The notes under the pieces are model-generated. The model ran no database searches, had not been told where the DNA came from, and saw nothing but the letters and a program-made list of their open reading frames with translations. DNA of 64,000 nt from Octopus sinensis (taxonomy: Eukaryota): positions 33,802,464 to 33,866,463 of the forward strand of contig NC_043011.1 of the NCBI RefSeq assembly GCF_006345805.1, in the 5' to 3' direction. This document shows positions 1 to 12,187 of the stretch, piece by piece. The translations under genes were made by a program, and so were the position numbers. Position 1 is the stretch's first letter. Each line of letters opens with the position of its first letter.

Positions 1-1
1 G

Positions 2-150
2 TGGATAAGGAAATATCTCGTGGAAATGCAGACTGACTGGGACAGAGCTCTGAGGGTTTATCAGGACAACACAAGCAAATACAAACAAATGATGGATGCA
101 GCAATGCCCTGCAATGGCATATGTCCCCATACCTGATCTGACATACAAAC
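2..150 (+). mobile_element. Probable 3' end of a decayed RTE-clade LINE
   Basis: Frame 2 reads WIRKYLVEMQTDWDRALRVYQDNTSKYKQMMDAAMPCNGICPHT*, resembling the RTE ORF C-terminus (W...EM...W..A...QD...). It could instead be an unrelated terminal exon. Confidence 0.4.
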
Positions 151-1064
151 ACTGACGAGCATGGTTAACTGTAAAATCCATAGCACGAAAGCTCTAGATA
201 CGAGGATAAAAACCTGTTTATGCACATGCAATTTTTATATATATGTATGTACCTTCTTTCTAGAAATCTACAAAAAAAAAAAAAACTAAAAGAAAATATT
301 CTTGATAAAAGATGAAGAACAAAAGAGAAACTATAGTCAAGATGATAATGACATTGTTTTAAATAAGATGAAAATAGAACAGAGAGAAAGGAGAGGAATG
401 GAAGGTGGAGAAGGACTAAGAGGCGACATTTCAATATTTCTAAACGTGGGAGAGAGTGGTGGGAAGAGAAGTAACTGATCAGAGCACTAGACTTGGTTCT
501 TGTTCTTCAAATTGTTTTGTGAAACTTTAATCATCTTAATGGATTATCTTGGTTGAACAAATTAAAACCGCTTCATTAAAACCGTCTTTGCCACAATCTA
601 ATAATAATACACCAGAATTGGATTAGAATAGCAAATTATGATAAGATGAGCAAGTGTCTTTGTCTCTGGCTGCTGCTGGTGCTGTTGTCTAAGCTACAAG
701 TCAATATATATGAAAAGCATTCCAGCTGTGACCTTCTCATCTTTGTAAGGGGGATATAGGACAACATTATCTTCAAAAACAGGATATGATTTAAAAGAGA
801 TTTGGTTGCTATTTCTAGCAATTTGAGCGACCACATGGATCTCTCAATGCTTCACAGTTAGTGTTTACTGCTATGTCATCCCTGACTGAGCAAACCTTAA
901 AATCAAGGGTATTCCAACCATGAACATCCCATCTATTTAAACAATAGACAGGACTCACTACATTACTGAATGTGTCCTTTTTTTTAAGCTAAGATGACAA
1001 GATGTGATTTGAGAGACATTTGGCTGCTTTTTCTAGCAGATTGTATAATTATGTTGTATAATAA

Positions 1065-1700
1065 TTAGCTTGTTGTCGTCATCATTGTTGTTGTTGTTGT
1101 TGTTGGTGGTGGTGGTGATGGTGGTGGCGGCAGCAGTGGTGGTAGTAATACTATTATTGTCAGTGTTCTCATAGTTGTTGCTGTTGTAGCTGTTGACAGT
1201 GTTATTGTTACTGTTGTTGTTGTTGTTGTTAAGGATGTCGTTGTTGCTGTTCGTGAGTTTGGTGTTGTTACTGTTGTTGTTGATGCTGTTGTGGATGCTG
1301 TTATTCTTATTGTTGTTGTTGTTGCTGTTCTTATCAATGTTTACGATGACGGTGTTGGTGTTGTCGACAGAAGCATTCATCATAGAGCTGTTGTGGTATT
1401 TGGCCGTGTAGGTGGTGGTGGTGGTGGTAGTGGTGGTGGTGGTGGTAGTGGTGGTGGTGGTGGTAGTGGCGGTGGCAGTTGCCATAGAAGTGGTGGTGGC
1501 GGTGGCAGTTGCCATAGAAGTGGTGGTGGAAGTGGTGGTGGTGCTGGTGCCAGTAGTGGTGGGGATGATGTCGGTATTGCTGATGGTGGTAGTGGTGCCG
1601 ATGGTGGCAGTGGTAGTGATGCTGGTTGTTGTTGTTGTTGTTATTATTGGTGGTGGTAGTGGCGGTGGTGGTGATACTGCTGATGATGGTAGTGCTGCTG
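1065..1700. repeat. Compound trinucleotide microsatellite (GTT/GGT/GCT)
   Basis: Direct inspection; source of the poly-T, poly-N, poly-H and poly-G ORFs. Confidence 0.95.
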
Positions 1701-2049
1701 GTGCTGGCGACAGTGGATGTTCTAAAAATTTCATCTTCTCCATAATGATACTCAGTGGTATTTTTGTGATGGATGTAAAATAAACTCTGTTCTGTCTGGT
1801 ACAATAAACTTGACATTTCACTGACAATAGCAGTGAACATGCAGGTGAGGGATGAGGAGGAATAAGGAGAGGAGGAGGAGGAGGAGGAATATCGATGCAA
1901 GGAGTGAGAGGGTGAGAGGTGAGTGAGAAAATAGAAGGAAGAATATTGGATAAATGTGGTTTTGTTTCTGGTAATTGTAAAACAGCAGGAAGAGAGACAA
2001 ACAGACAGACAGAAACATAACTAGACATATGTATAGTTGGATACAAAGG

Positions 2050-2099
2050 TAGAAAAATGGATGGATGGATGGATCGATGGATGGAGAGAGAGAGAGAGT

Positions 2100-2139
<40 letters not shown>

Positions 2140-2574
2140 TTTACATAGGTAGAGATAGACAGATGGTTAGACATATGCATAGTTGGACACAAAGGTAGAA
2201 AAATGGATGGATGAATGGATAGGTAGAGGGGTAGTTAAATAGAAAGAAAGATAGAATGAAAGAAAGAAAGGAAATAAGAAAGGAAGAAAGGAAATAAGAA
2301 AGAAAGAAAGGAAATAAGAAAGGAAAAAGGTAGACAAATAGATTGGTGGATAAATAAAGACACGCAGACAAGACAGAACTGATAAGCAGATAGATTGATA
2401 GATAGATCTATAAATGAACAGATAAACATATAAACAGACAAATGGACATACAGACAGACAGGCAGACAGACAGGCAGACAGACAGACAGGCAGACAGACA
2501 GACAGACAGATAGATAGATAGATAGATAGATAGGGAGATAGGGAGAGAAAGAGAGAGATGGATGGATGGAAAGG

Positions 2575-2647
<73 letters not shown>

Positions 2648-2761
2648 GGATAGATAGACAGATAGAGAGATAGATAGAGAGATAGGGAGAAAAAGAGAGA
2701 GAGATGGATGGATGGATAGATAGATAGATAGATAGATAGATAGGTAGATGGATAGACAGAG

Positions 2762-2840
<79 letters not shown>

Positions 2841-2878
2841 CAGATAGAGAGATAGATAGACAGACAGATAGATAGATA
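2050..2878. repeat. Compound tetranucleotide microsatellite (GATA/GACA/GGAT/GAAA)
   Basis: Direct inspection. Confidence 0.97.
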
Positions 2879-4701
2879 TGTTTCTTTATTAGCCACACAG
2901 GGCTGCACACAGATGGGACAGATTACAAAGTAGAGCTTTTCTTTTTGGGGAGAAAAAAAAAAGTGGGGTACATTTTCGATCAAAAGGGATCATAAAAGGG
3001 AAAGAAAAAAAAGGATGAGAGATTGATCAGAGAGGAAAGTGTTTGTCTCCAATCCTTTCAGACACGTCCACCAGATACATTCTTTCGCCATAGCCACAAG
3101 AATGATGAAAATATCTCTTCCTTCCTGTTTGAAGGAAGGAGGCGTGACAATATTGACGATAGACTCGGCTGATAAACTGACTCGTCCCGCACATGACAGC
3201 AGTCATTCAACATAAGCCCACAGGTCGGAAATTGCTGGACACTGCACGAGTGCATGCAGAACGATTTCGTCGCTCTGACCGCATCTCAGGCAGGTCAGCC
3301 CCGTGTTTCTTGAGCTGTGTCTTTAGAGCTTATCCCGAATGGGTAGCACTTCTCGGTAGCACTGCCAGGCCAGGGATCTCTGGAAGTTGTCCATGGGCCC
3401 TGGTCCGAAAGTCTTCCTGAACAGGCGGGTTAGGTATTCCTTGTCGACGTCCAGGTTCGCCCCGAGCTCGTCGTCGTACCTCCCCTCCACTAATCCCCTA
3501 TAGAATACTTTGGTTGTGTTGAAGTCACTCAAGGTCGACCCGGAACAGCATAGTTACTTGAGGGCAACGTGACACTCGCGGTGCCATTCGCCCTTCCTCG
3601 ACCTCTTTTTGATCCACAACTGCAGGTTGGTCATGGAGACGAGTTGCAGGAAAGCATGCCTCACAAACGGCAACCACACTTGTTCACCGTCGTTTACGTA
3701 GAGCCTGAGATGTCGCAGTCTCAGCACGTGTCTGCACATCATCAACCACAGCATACCCAGTCCTCCTTTTAACGGGTGTTGACAGCAAATGGATCGCCTG
3801 ACCATTGGGATGCATCCTTTCCACAAGAAGTGAAAGAGAATGCGTTCTAGTTTGGCAATGGTAGGGTCGAGACAAGGCACGACGGTCAGGTGGTAGTAGA
3901 TGACGGACATGATGTACATGTCCGCCACCTCCGCCCGACCTTTTAGGGACAGTTTACTCTTGGCCCATTGCCGGGCAAAAGTGACCACCCTACTTGTTAT
4001 CTCATTCCAGTTCTTCTCCATTTGGAGGTCCGGACCAAACCAGATGCCGAACAACTCGACTGGACCATTGGTCCAGCGTCCCACGACAGAGGCACTGGTG
4101 GATGGCATGGGCTTGCTTCTCCAGGTGCCGAGCCACAAGCCCACTGACTTTTCCCGGTTGATTTTCGCTCCTGTCACCGCTTCATGGTCTTTCTGTGTCT
4201 CGCCGACCAGCTCGATGTCCTCGTGGCTAGACACTATGACGGTGATGTCATCCGTATATGCAGACACACTCATTCCACATCCCAATTCTCGTGGGATGCT
4301 CCTCAGACTCAGAGTTGCCAGCTTCCACAATAATGGCTCGAGAGTCAATACGTAGAGAAGCGAACATGCAACGTCGAAAGGTCTCGATAGATGTCCATTT
4401 ATGCGAATTACTGAAAGGATACCTCTGTACAAAGCGGCTATCCAGCCGCGGAAGACGGGACCGAAACCAGCCGCTCTGAGGACAGCCTCCAAGTATCGAT
4501 GGTCTACGCTATCGAAAGCTTTTGATTGATCCAAATTGATCAGGACCCCACCAATGCCAGGTTCCTTAACTACCCTGTCTATGATGTAGCGCATCAGATG
4601 GAGGTTGTCATGGATGCTCTGGCCCGGCACGGTTCACGTTTGCGCCTTGTCGACCAGTTTCTCGATGACAAGCGCGAACCTCTTGGCTAACACCTTGGCC
4701 A

Positions 4702-4705
<4 letters not shown>
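2878..4705 (-). mobile_element. 5'-truncated L1/Tx1-clade LINE (RT, zf-RVT, 3' UTR)
   Basis: RT motifs PGQSIHDNLHLMRY, LINLDQSKAFDSVDH, LLYVLTLEPLL and SAYTDDITVIV; C-terminal CLRCGQSDEIVLHALVQC knuckle near 3270; 3' tail ...agccctgtgtggctaataaagaaacata running into (TATC)n. GATA/GACA microsatellite on both sides. Confidence 0.9.
3554..4630 (-). pseudogene. Defective reverse transcriptase ORF of the Tx1-like LINE
   Basis: 358-aa ORF with an in-frame loss of the QGCPLSP motif (reads RPFDVACSLLYVL), YADD changed to YTDD, and stops or frameshifts downstream. Confidence 0.85.
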
Positions 4706-4780
<75 letters not shown>

Positions 4781-4989
4781 CAACCTGATAGCCAATACAA
4801 TTGACTAACATAGTAAATAGATTGATTGATTGATAGATTATTTCTGATCAAACTTCTGTGATGGTGCCAAGTCTACAATATACTCTGAAGTCAAGGATTC
4901 AGTTAAATGATGCCAGCAACATTATGACTTCGCATTTTGTTTTTGCTATAAATGAGTGAGCCATCATGCACATCTGAGAAATTACCATT

Positions 4990-5294
4990 GCCATCATCAC
5001 TGCTGCTACCCTCATTGTCTTCATCATCATCATCACCAATGTCATCTTTATCATCACCATCATCATCATCATCATCATCATCACCAATGTCATCTCTATC
5101 ATCACCATCATCATCATCATCCACATCAAATCTCAGGCTTTGAATCTTTTGTCATTGATGCTGTGTTCGTTTGATCACTGCTGATATCTTGAACATCATC
5201 ATCATCATCATCATCATGATGTTAACTCTGAAACTTTATAGTTGTATTGTGAATTATGATGGTCCTTGTTATGATCCTCATGGCCACCGTTATC

Positions 5295-5328
<34 letters not shown>

Positions 5329-5645
5329 CCACCAACATTGTCATCATCATTATCACAATCATCGTGGCTATTGTAGTCATCATCATCATCATGACTATTG
5401 TCCTCATCATCAAAACAATCATAGTCATAATCATCATCATCCTCATCACTAATGTCATCATTGTCATCACCATCACCAAAATCACCATCATCACCAATGT
5501 TGTTGCTATTGTCGTCCTTATAATCATCATCATCATCATCATCATTAACACCATCATTGTCATCATCATCATCATCATCATCATCATCGACGTCATCATT
5601 GATCATTTTTGTCATCATTGTCACTTTTGTCGTCATTATCATCAA
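4990..5645. repeat. Degenerate (CAT)n microsatellite
   Basis: Direct inspection. Confidence 0.95.
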
Positions 5646-5959
5646 TCTCACGACCGTTTATTGTTATCACGGCAACAACAGAAACTGAAGATTTGTCGTG
5701 ATTCTGATCTAATATCCATTATATCCTACAGCACCGACTGCAGGAATATTGATTTTGTTGTCTCACTGTTGTTCTTCTTGCAGTTGTTATTCTGCTATTC
5801 TTGTATTTATTGATCTCCTCACCTCAATAGTTTGTTTAATCTTTATATATGACATAAACACACAACTGTGCTGTCTCCAATACATTTAAACACAGAACTG
5901 ATCAATAACCAAACGAAATGAAATGAACTAACACACATCTTTCATAAAGGTCATTTTCC

Positions 5960-6905
5960 GCTGAACCACTGTCAAGGCCTTACTTGAACCACAGTGAGGA
6001 TCTATATTTGAGCAAAGGTGAAGGTCTTTACTTGAGGCAAGGTAAGCGGGGTATTGTTTGAGACAAGATGGGATGGTTGAGGCCAGGTAGGAGGTTTTTA
6101 CTAGAGGTAAAGTACAAGTTTCTACATGAGCCAAGGTAGGAGCAGTCACTTGAGCCAAGAGATGAAACTCAGACTAGAGGCCAAGTATAAGTCTTTACAT
6201 GAGCCAAGGTGGGTGCCTTGACTTGAGCTAAAGTAGGTACCACTACATGAGTCAAAGAGGGAGATTTCACTTGAGTCTATACTAGAGATAAAGCAGGAGT
6301 CTTTACATGAGCCAGAATAAGAGTTTTAACTCTACATGAGTCAAACTAGGAGCATCAGCATCATCGTCATCATCATCATCATCATCATTGTCATTTAACG
6401 TCCACTTTCCATGCTGGCATGGATTGGACTGAGGACTGGCAAGCCAGAAGGCTGTACCAGGCTTCAATCTGATCTGGCAAAGTTTCTACAGCTGGATGCC
6501 CTTTGAGAGTGTAGCAGGTGCATTTTACGTGCCACCGGCACAAAGGCCAGTTAGGCAGTACTGGCATTGACCATGCTTGGATGTTTTTTACATGTTACCG
6601 GCATTGGAGGCAGTCAGGCAACACTGGCAATGACCATGTTCAAATGGTGCTTTTTACGTGCCACCGGCATGGGACCAGTCAGGCAGCACTGGTATCAACC
6701 AGTCAGGTGGTACTGGCATCATCATAAACCAAGGTGGGAGGCTCAACTTGAGCAAAAGTAGGAACCATTGCATGAATCAAGGTGGGAGACTTACTTGAGT
6801 TGAAGTGGACACCCTTACTCAAGGCAAAGTGGGACATTCTACTTAAACAAAACTAAGAGCCTCTACATATCGCAAAGTAGGGGTTTCTACTTGAGCGAAA
6901 GTGAG
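5960..6905. repeat. Diverged ~30-bp minisatellite split by a SINE (about 6356-6720)
   Basis: Units such as tctacatgagccaaggtaggag and cacttgagc.aaag occur on both sides of the SINE. Confidence 0.75.
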
Positions 6906-7019
6906 AGCCTTCCCTTGCCGCCACACACAAACCACGCTGTGACTTAACCTCCTGAAAATAGCAACCAGATTTTCCTTAAAGGAGACATTTGTTTTCTTAA
7001 AGAAAGAGAAATATGGAGA

Positions 7020-7450
7020 ATAGTGTAGTCAGAGACACTATGTCTGGAGGACATATTGAATAAAGTAGTCCTAGACATACTATGACTGGAGAAGACATTG
7101 GAAAATATAGTCTAAGACACATTATGTGTGAAGGACACAATGAATAATGGAGTCTTAGATACACTATGTCTGAAGGACACATTAGATAATGTAGTCCAAG
7201 ATGTATTATGCCAGAGAACAAAATAGGTAATGGTGTCCTAGATACACTATGACAGAAAGGTACATTGAATAATATAATCCTAGATACTCTATACCTGAAG
7301 GACACATTAGAATAGTGTAAACTTTAATACACTATGCCAAAGAACACACAAGATAATGTAACCCTAGAAACACTTTGAATGAAAAACACATTAGACAATG
7401 TAGTCCTAGATACACTATGCCAGAAGAAATAGTCGATAATGTAGTCCTTG
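7020..7450. repeat. Minisatellite, unit about 39 bp
   Basis: Repeated gtagtcctagatacactatg.c..gaaggacacatt.gaataat. Confidence 0.85.
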
Positions 7451-8693
7451 ATGTCATCATCATCATTTAACATCCATTTTCCATGCTGGCATGGGTTGGA
7501 CGTTTTGACTGAGGTCTGGAAAGCCAGCAGCTGCACTAAGCTCCAATCTGATCTGGCAATGTTTCTACAGCTGGATGCCCTTCCTAATGCCAACCACTCC
7601 GAGAGTGTAGTGGGTGCTTTTTACATGCCACTGGCACATGAGCCAGTCAGGTGGGCCTGGCATTGATCATATTCAATTAGTGCTTTTTATGTCCCACCGA
7701 CACGGGAGCCAGTCAAAGGGGCACTGGCATCGGCCATGTTCAGATGGTGCTTTTTACGTGCCACCAGCATGGGAGCCAGTCAGGTGGACCTATATCAGAA
7801 AAAGAAATAGGAGTTCAAAATAGAAGACTTTTGATCTTAAGTCTGCTTATTCTGGATTGACCTGGGGCTAAACAACAATAGCAGCAGCAACCAAAAGACT
7901 ATGCTTTGGTGAATAACAGCATGATGGGAAGCAATGAAGATGTACAATGTTCTGGACTTCATCTAATAAATTTCTTATATCAGACATCCTGTATGGGTCT
8001 GTTGGTTTTTTTTTTTGTTTGTTTTGTTTTGTTTTGTTTTGTTTTTTTTTTCTTCTCTCCTTTATCATATTAGTGTCGCTTAGAGAGACCTGCAAATTTA
8101 TAGTTCTGAATCTTCATGGGTGAATGGTTATTGACAGAGTGGGCAGACAACTGTGAAAAAAAAAACCATTGACCACAGTAGTATATGCAGTCAGAAAATT
8201 CTTCATCTAATCTAAGACACCATGGAAAAATGAATGCAGAACAGTAACACCATGCACACATAGCCGTATGCACAGTTACAACAAGAGGAGGAGGAGGAGG
8301 AGGTGGTGGTAGTGATGTAGGCGGAGGAGGTGGTGTAAGAGAAAAAAGGAGGAGAAAAATGTGAAGGTGAAGGAGGAGATAGAGAAGGTGAAGAAGAAAA
8401 TGAAAGAGAAGAGAAGAAAGGTCAATGAAGAAGAAGAAGAAGAGGGGGAAGAAAAGTAAAAGGAGAAGAAAGAGAGGGAAGAGGAGAAAAAGAAGAGGAG
8501 AAAAAGAAGAGGAGAAAAAGAAGAGGAGAAAAAGAAGAGGAAGAAGGAGGAGTTAAAGAATTTCAAATACCATCAAGGCTAACTTTCATCCTGTTAGGTT
8601 TGATAAACTAAGTACCAGTTGAGCACTGAGGTCAATATAACCAACTACACCCCCTCCCTCAAAATTTCAGGTCTTGTGCCTTTCATTGAAATG

Positions 8694-8749
<56 letters not shown>

Positions 8750-9009
8750 GGTAGTGGTGTGGCTTAACAGAATTGTCAGTACTTCTTCCAGCATTTTACA
8801 CTTTGAGTTCCAACTCCACTAAGGTCAATTTTGCCTTTTATCCTTTGAGGTTGATAAAATGAAATACCAGTCATATACTGGAGATGGCCATCAAGATTGC
8901 TCCCTTGCCTAAAACTTTTGGTCTTGTGCCAGAATTAGAAAGAATGGATCATTCTTGCCATGTTGTCATGGCGTCTTTTGTATTCAGCACATGCCATTAT
9001 TATCATCAT

Positions 9010-9915
9010 CAGCTGAATCCATTGTGAAGATTTCCCCACTGTCCTCTTTTGGCCAGGAGGGGGAAGGCAATTTTTATTTGTCTAGTGGCTGTAGTAAAAG
9101 AGGTAGTATGGTGGACCAGTTTGAAACTTACTTGTACTTGTACTTGTGGTGACATTCACCCTGGGCGGGTTGAGTCGGCTTCTTCTACTCATGGAAGAAG
9201 TTTCGTGGGAATATGTGGATTTCACAAGCGGTCCCCAACAATCCCGCATGTGGAGACATCCTGTTTGCCGCAGATTGTCCGCAGATGCAAGGACAGAACG
9301 ACCGAGGAGCTGCCGGTTGCCAAAGCAGAAACTCCGAGGATTTTCGCCAGAGCCCCGTCTGCTGGGTTGTGGCCCTAATACCACTCGGTGTCAGACCAAT
9401 CCGCCTTGGGTGGCCCTACCAGGAACCGAAGTTCCCGACAGCATAGCTCTGACACTACCCGTTGCCAGTGTCCCCACCATGGTGAGGAGGGGATGGATTT
9501 TGGGGACCAGTTTGAAAGGGCTAAAGACAACTTTATGTCCATCAACTCTTTCAAGTTTCACTTGAAAAGGAAGGCGAGGGTGGAGAGGGAAGTGTTGCCT
9601 TGTAGCAAGTTTGTTGAAAGGTAGGTGAACGTTGGAAGAACAGCCAGTGCGAAAGGACCAATTCTGAGCATGCACCTGTAAACAAAAGGAGAAGGGCTCT
9701 TGCCCTGTTGTTCAGGCAACCGTGGTTTTTGCGGGTTTTTCTACGAGGTCCTTAAAGCACCTCCCCTATTGGGAGTTTCAAATTGTTTAATTTTTAATCA
9801 ATTTTACATATTGTTTACACAGTGTAAAACCCATTGTATTGTCCTGGTTTTGTCTTTTATGTTGTTGTATGTGTTCTAATGTAATTTTATGTAAGCCCTT
9901 GTGGCTAATAAATGA
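9010..9915 (+). mobile_element. 3' fragment of a second Tx1-like LINE, interrupted by an insertion
   Basis: SAESIVKISPLSSFGQEG / KAIFICLVAVVKEVVWWTSLK / FKFHLKRKARVEREVL parallels the C-terminus of the element at 2878-4705 (SAESIVNIVTPPSFKQEGRDIFIILVAMAKECIWWTCLKG). Ends agcccttgtggctaataaa, then (TAT)n. Confidence 0.75.
9127..9503 (-). mobile_element. 377-bp non-autonomous RTE-like retroposon with 14-bp TSD
   Basis: Direct repeat GGACCAGTTTGAAA at 9113-9126 and 9504-9517; (CAAGTA)n 3' tail on the minus strand; internal GRATQGG...ENP resembles RTE/BovB 5' sequence. Confidence 0.75.
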
Positions 9916-9975
9916 ATTAATTATAATTATTATTATTATTTATTATTATTATTATTACTATTACTATTATTGTTG

Positions 9976-10049
<74 letters not shown>

Positions 10050-10624
10050 TAGTTTTATTTTTATTGTGTGCTTTCACTTCACTACCAAGTGCAGCTCTGT
10101 GTGCTTTGGGTATGTGCTGTGATTTGTTGTGATGCTCTGATGGTTACTGTATTGAAAGTGTTTTGCGTAGGATGTGTGCAGTGCCCAGTAGTGCAATTTT
10201 CTGTATGTTATATATATTTGTAAGCCCTGGTGTTTTTGTTATGAATTTGTCTGAATATTTTTTTATCATCATCATCATCGTTTAACGTCCGTTTTCCATG
10301 CCAGCATGGGTTGGACGGTTCAACTGGGGTCTGGGAAGCCCGAAGGCTGCGCCAGGCCCAGTCTGATCTGGCAGTATTTCTACAGCTGGATGCCCTTCCT
10401 AACGCCAACCATTCTGTGAGTGTAGAGGGTGCTTTTTACGTGCCACCTGGACAGGTGCCAGACGAGGCTGGTGAACGAATATATTTATATATATTTTATC
10501 TAGTTTCAGCTCACGAGCTGTGGCCATGCTGGGGCACCGCCAACTATGATACGAATTGTTTCTGTTTTTATTATTATTATTATCATTATTATTATTACTA
10601 TTATTATTATTATTATTATTATTG

Positions 10625-10692
<68 letters not shown>

Positions 10693-11099
10693 TCATTGTT
10701 GTGTGAATGACACTTTGTGCAAGTTGTTTATGCAGAAATAAAACAATCCCAAAAGATCAAGAAAACTACAGAATATAAAATTATGGATCATATACCATGG
10801 CCCAAAACCTTATAAGTCAAATCCATTTGAAAGAAGCTCTGTAGGGGCCATTTCTGTTCTTGAAAGGGGGATTTAAACTATCTCTTTGTTTGACAACACC
10901 GTCCAACCCTTTAATTGGCTGCCTTTAATGGAGTTCAACTCGTTGCAAGCATTCAGACCAGCACTGCAGTCTACCTTCTTTCCTTCAGTCATGGAACCCC
11001 TGGAATGGATCGCAGGCATTGCTGACCATCTGGCTTAGCCATTGGAAATGAACAAATAAACAAATAAATAGATAAGTAAATAAATAGATAAATAAATAT

Positions 11100-12057
11100 A
11101 TAATGATTATGGTGATTATGATATGATGATGATGATGAAATGAAGACCATGTCACTAATGAGGACACTAATAATGATGATGATGATGATGGTGGTGGTGA
11201 TGGTGGTTTAGCTGGTGCTGATGGCAATGGTGATGATGATGAACATGATAATGGTGATGGTACTGATGATGATGATGATGACAGCAATGACAATGATGAG
11301 GTTGATGATGATCATGGTGGTGTTGATGGTGATGGTGGTGGTGACAATGGCAATGATGTTGATGATGACAGCTAGATGATAACTTTAGATGACGTCATTG
11401 ATGACAGCGTTGAAAAACAATTAGGATGGTGTCAGTAATGATGACAATGATAATGATTATCACAGGAAAGATGATTGTGATGACGTCAATGATGGTGATA
11501 ATGATGGGGGGGGATGGTTGCGCTACTGCTGCTGTAGCTGACGATGATGATGACAATGAAGCAGTTAAATGATAACTTATATGATGATGTCACTGATGAT
11601 AGTGATGATTATAAATAATCATCATTATCATCATCATCATCTTACTGATCATCAGTACTATGATGGTGATGACGAAGATGATGATGATGATGATAATTAT
11701 GATCAGTTCAGTAATGATGACAATGACAATGATGATGATGATGATGACAACGTCGACGATGACAATGACATCGATGTGCAATAATGATATCAATGGTAAT
11801 GACATTTATAATGTTGGTGATGACAATGACGACGACAGCCATCATCACCGTGATCACGATGGAGATGACGATGACAACGCCGACGACGATGAGGATGGTG
11901 ATGATAGCAATGATGATCAAGCTGTTGCAGCTGATGTGCAATAATGATGTCAACGGCGATGGTGGTGATGATAATGATGACGACAACGGTGGTGATGATA
12001 ATGATGATGATGATGATGACGATGACGACGATGATGATGATGATGATGATGACGACA

Positions 12058-12090
<33 letters not shown>

Positions 12091-12100
12091 GCAACAACAA
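11100..12100. repeat. Degenerate (GAT)n microsatellite directly after the 12115 donor
   Basis: Direct inspection; includes an internal duplication, gatgtgcaataatgat at 11775 and 11935. Confidence 0.95.
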
Positions 12101-12114
12101 TAATCAATACTAAC

Positions 12115-12187
12115 ATTTTCACACAGGATGTCTCCTATTGTTTGAATGGATTTACTCTTCCCACAAGTCTTTCGCACTCTCATTGCA
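12115..12187 (-). CDS. ITSN1: Intersectin-like gene, third DH exon
   Basis: Acceptor ctcttcttcctttacag, donor GTTAGT; 73 nt, phase 2 to 0, in frame with the previous exon. Encodes AMRVRKTCGKSKSIQTIGDILCEN, compared with recalled human [25 protein letters not shown]. Confidence 0.92.

Noticed and set aside
1033-2910. Long ORFs rich in T, N, H, G or SIYL repeats (337, 247, 191 aa and others)
   Set aside because: They are translations of tri- and tetranucleotide microsatellites, open in several frames and on both strands, with no domain.
4899-5813. Acidic, poly-His, poly-Met and poly-Ile ORFs
   Set aside because: (CAT)n microsatellite; the flanking unique sequence has stops in all frames.
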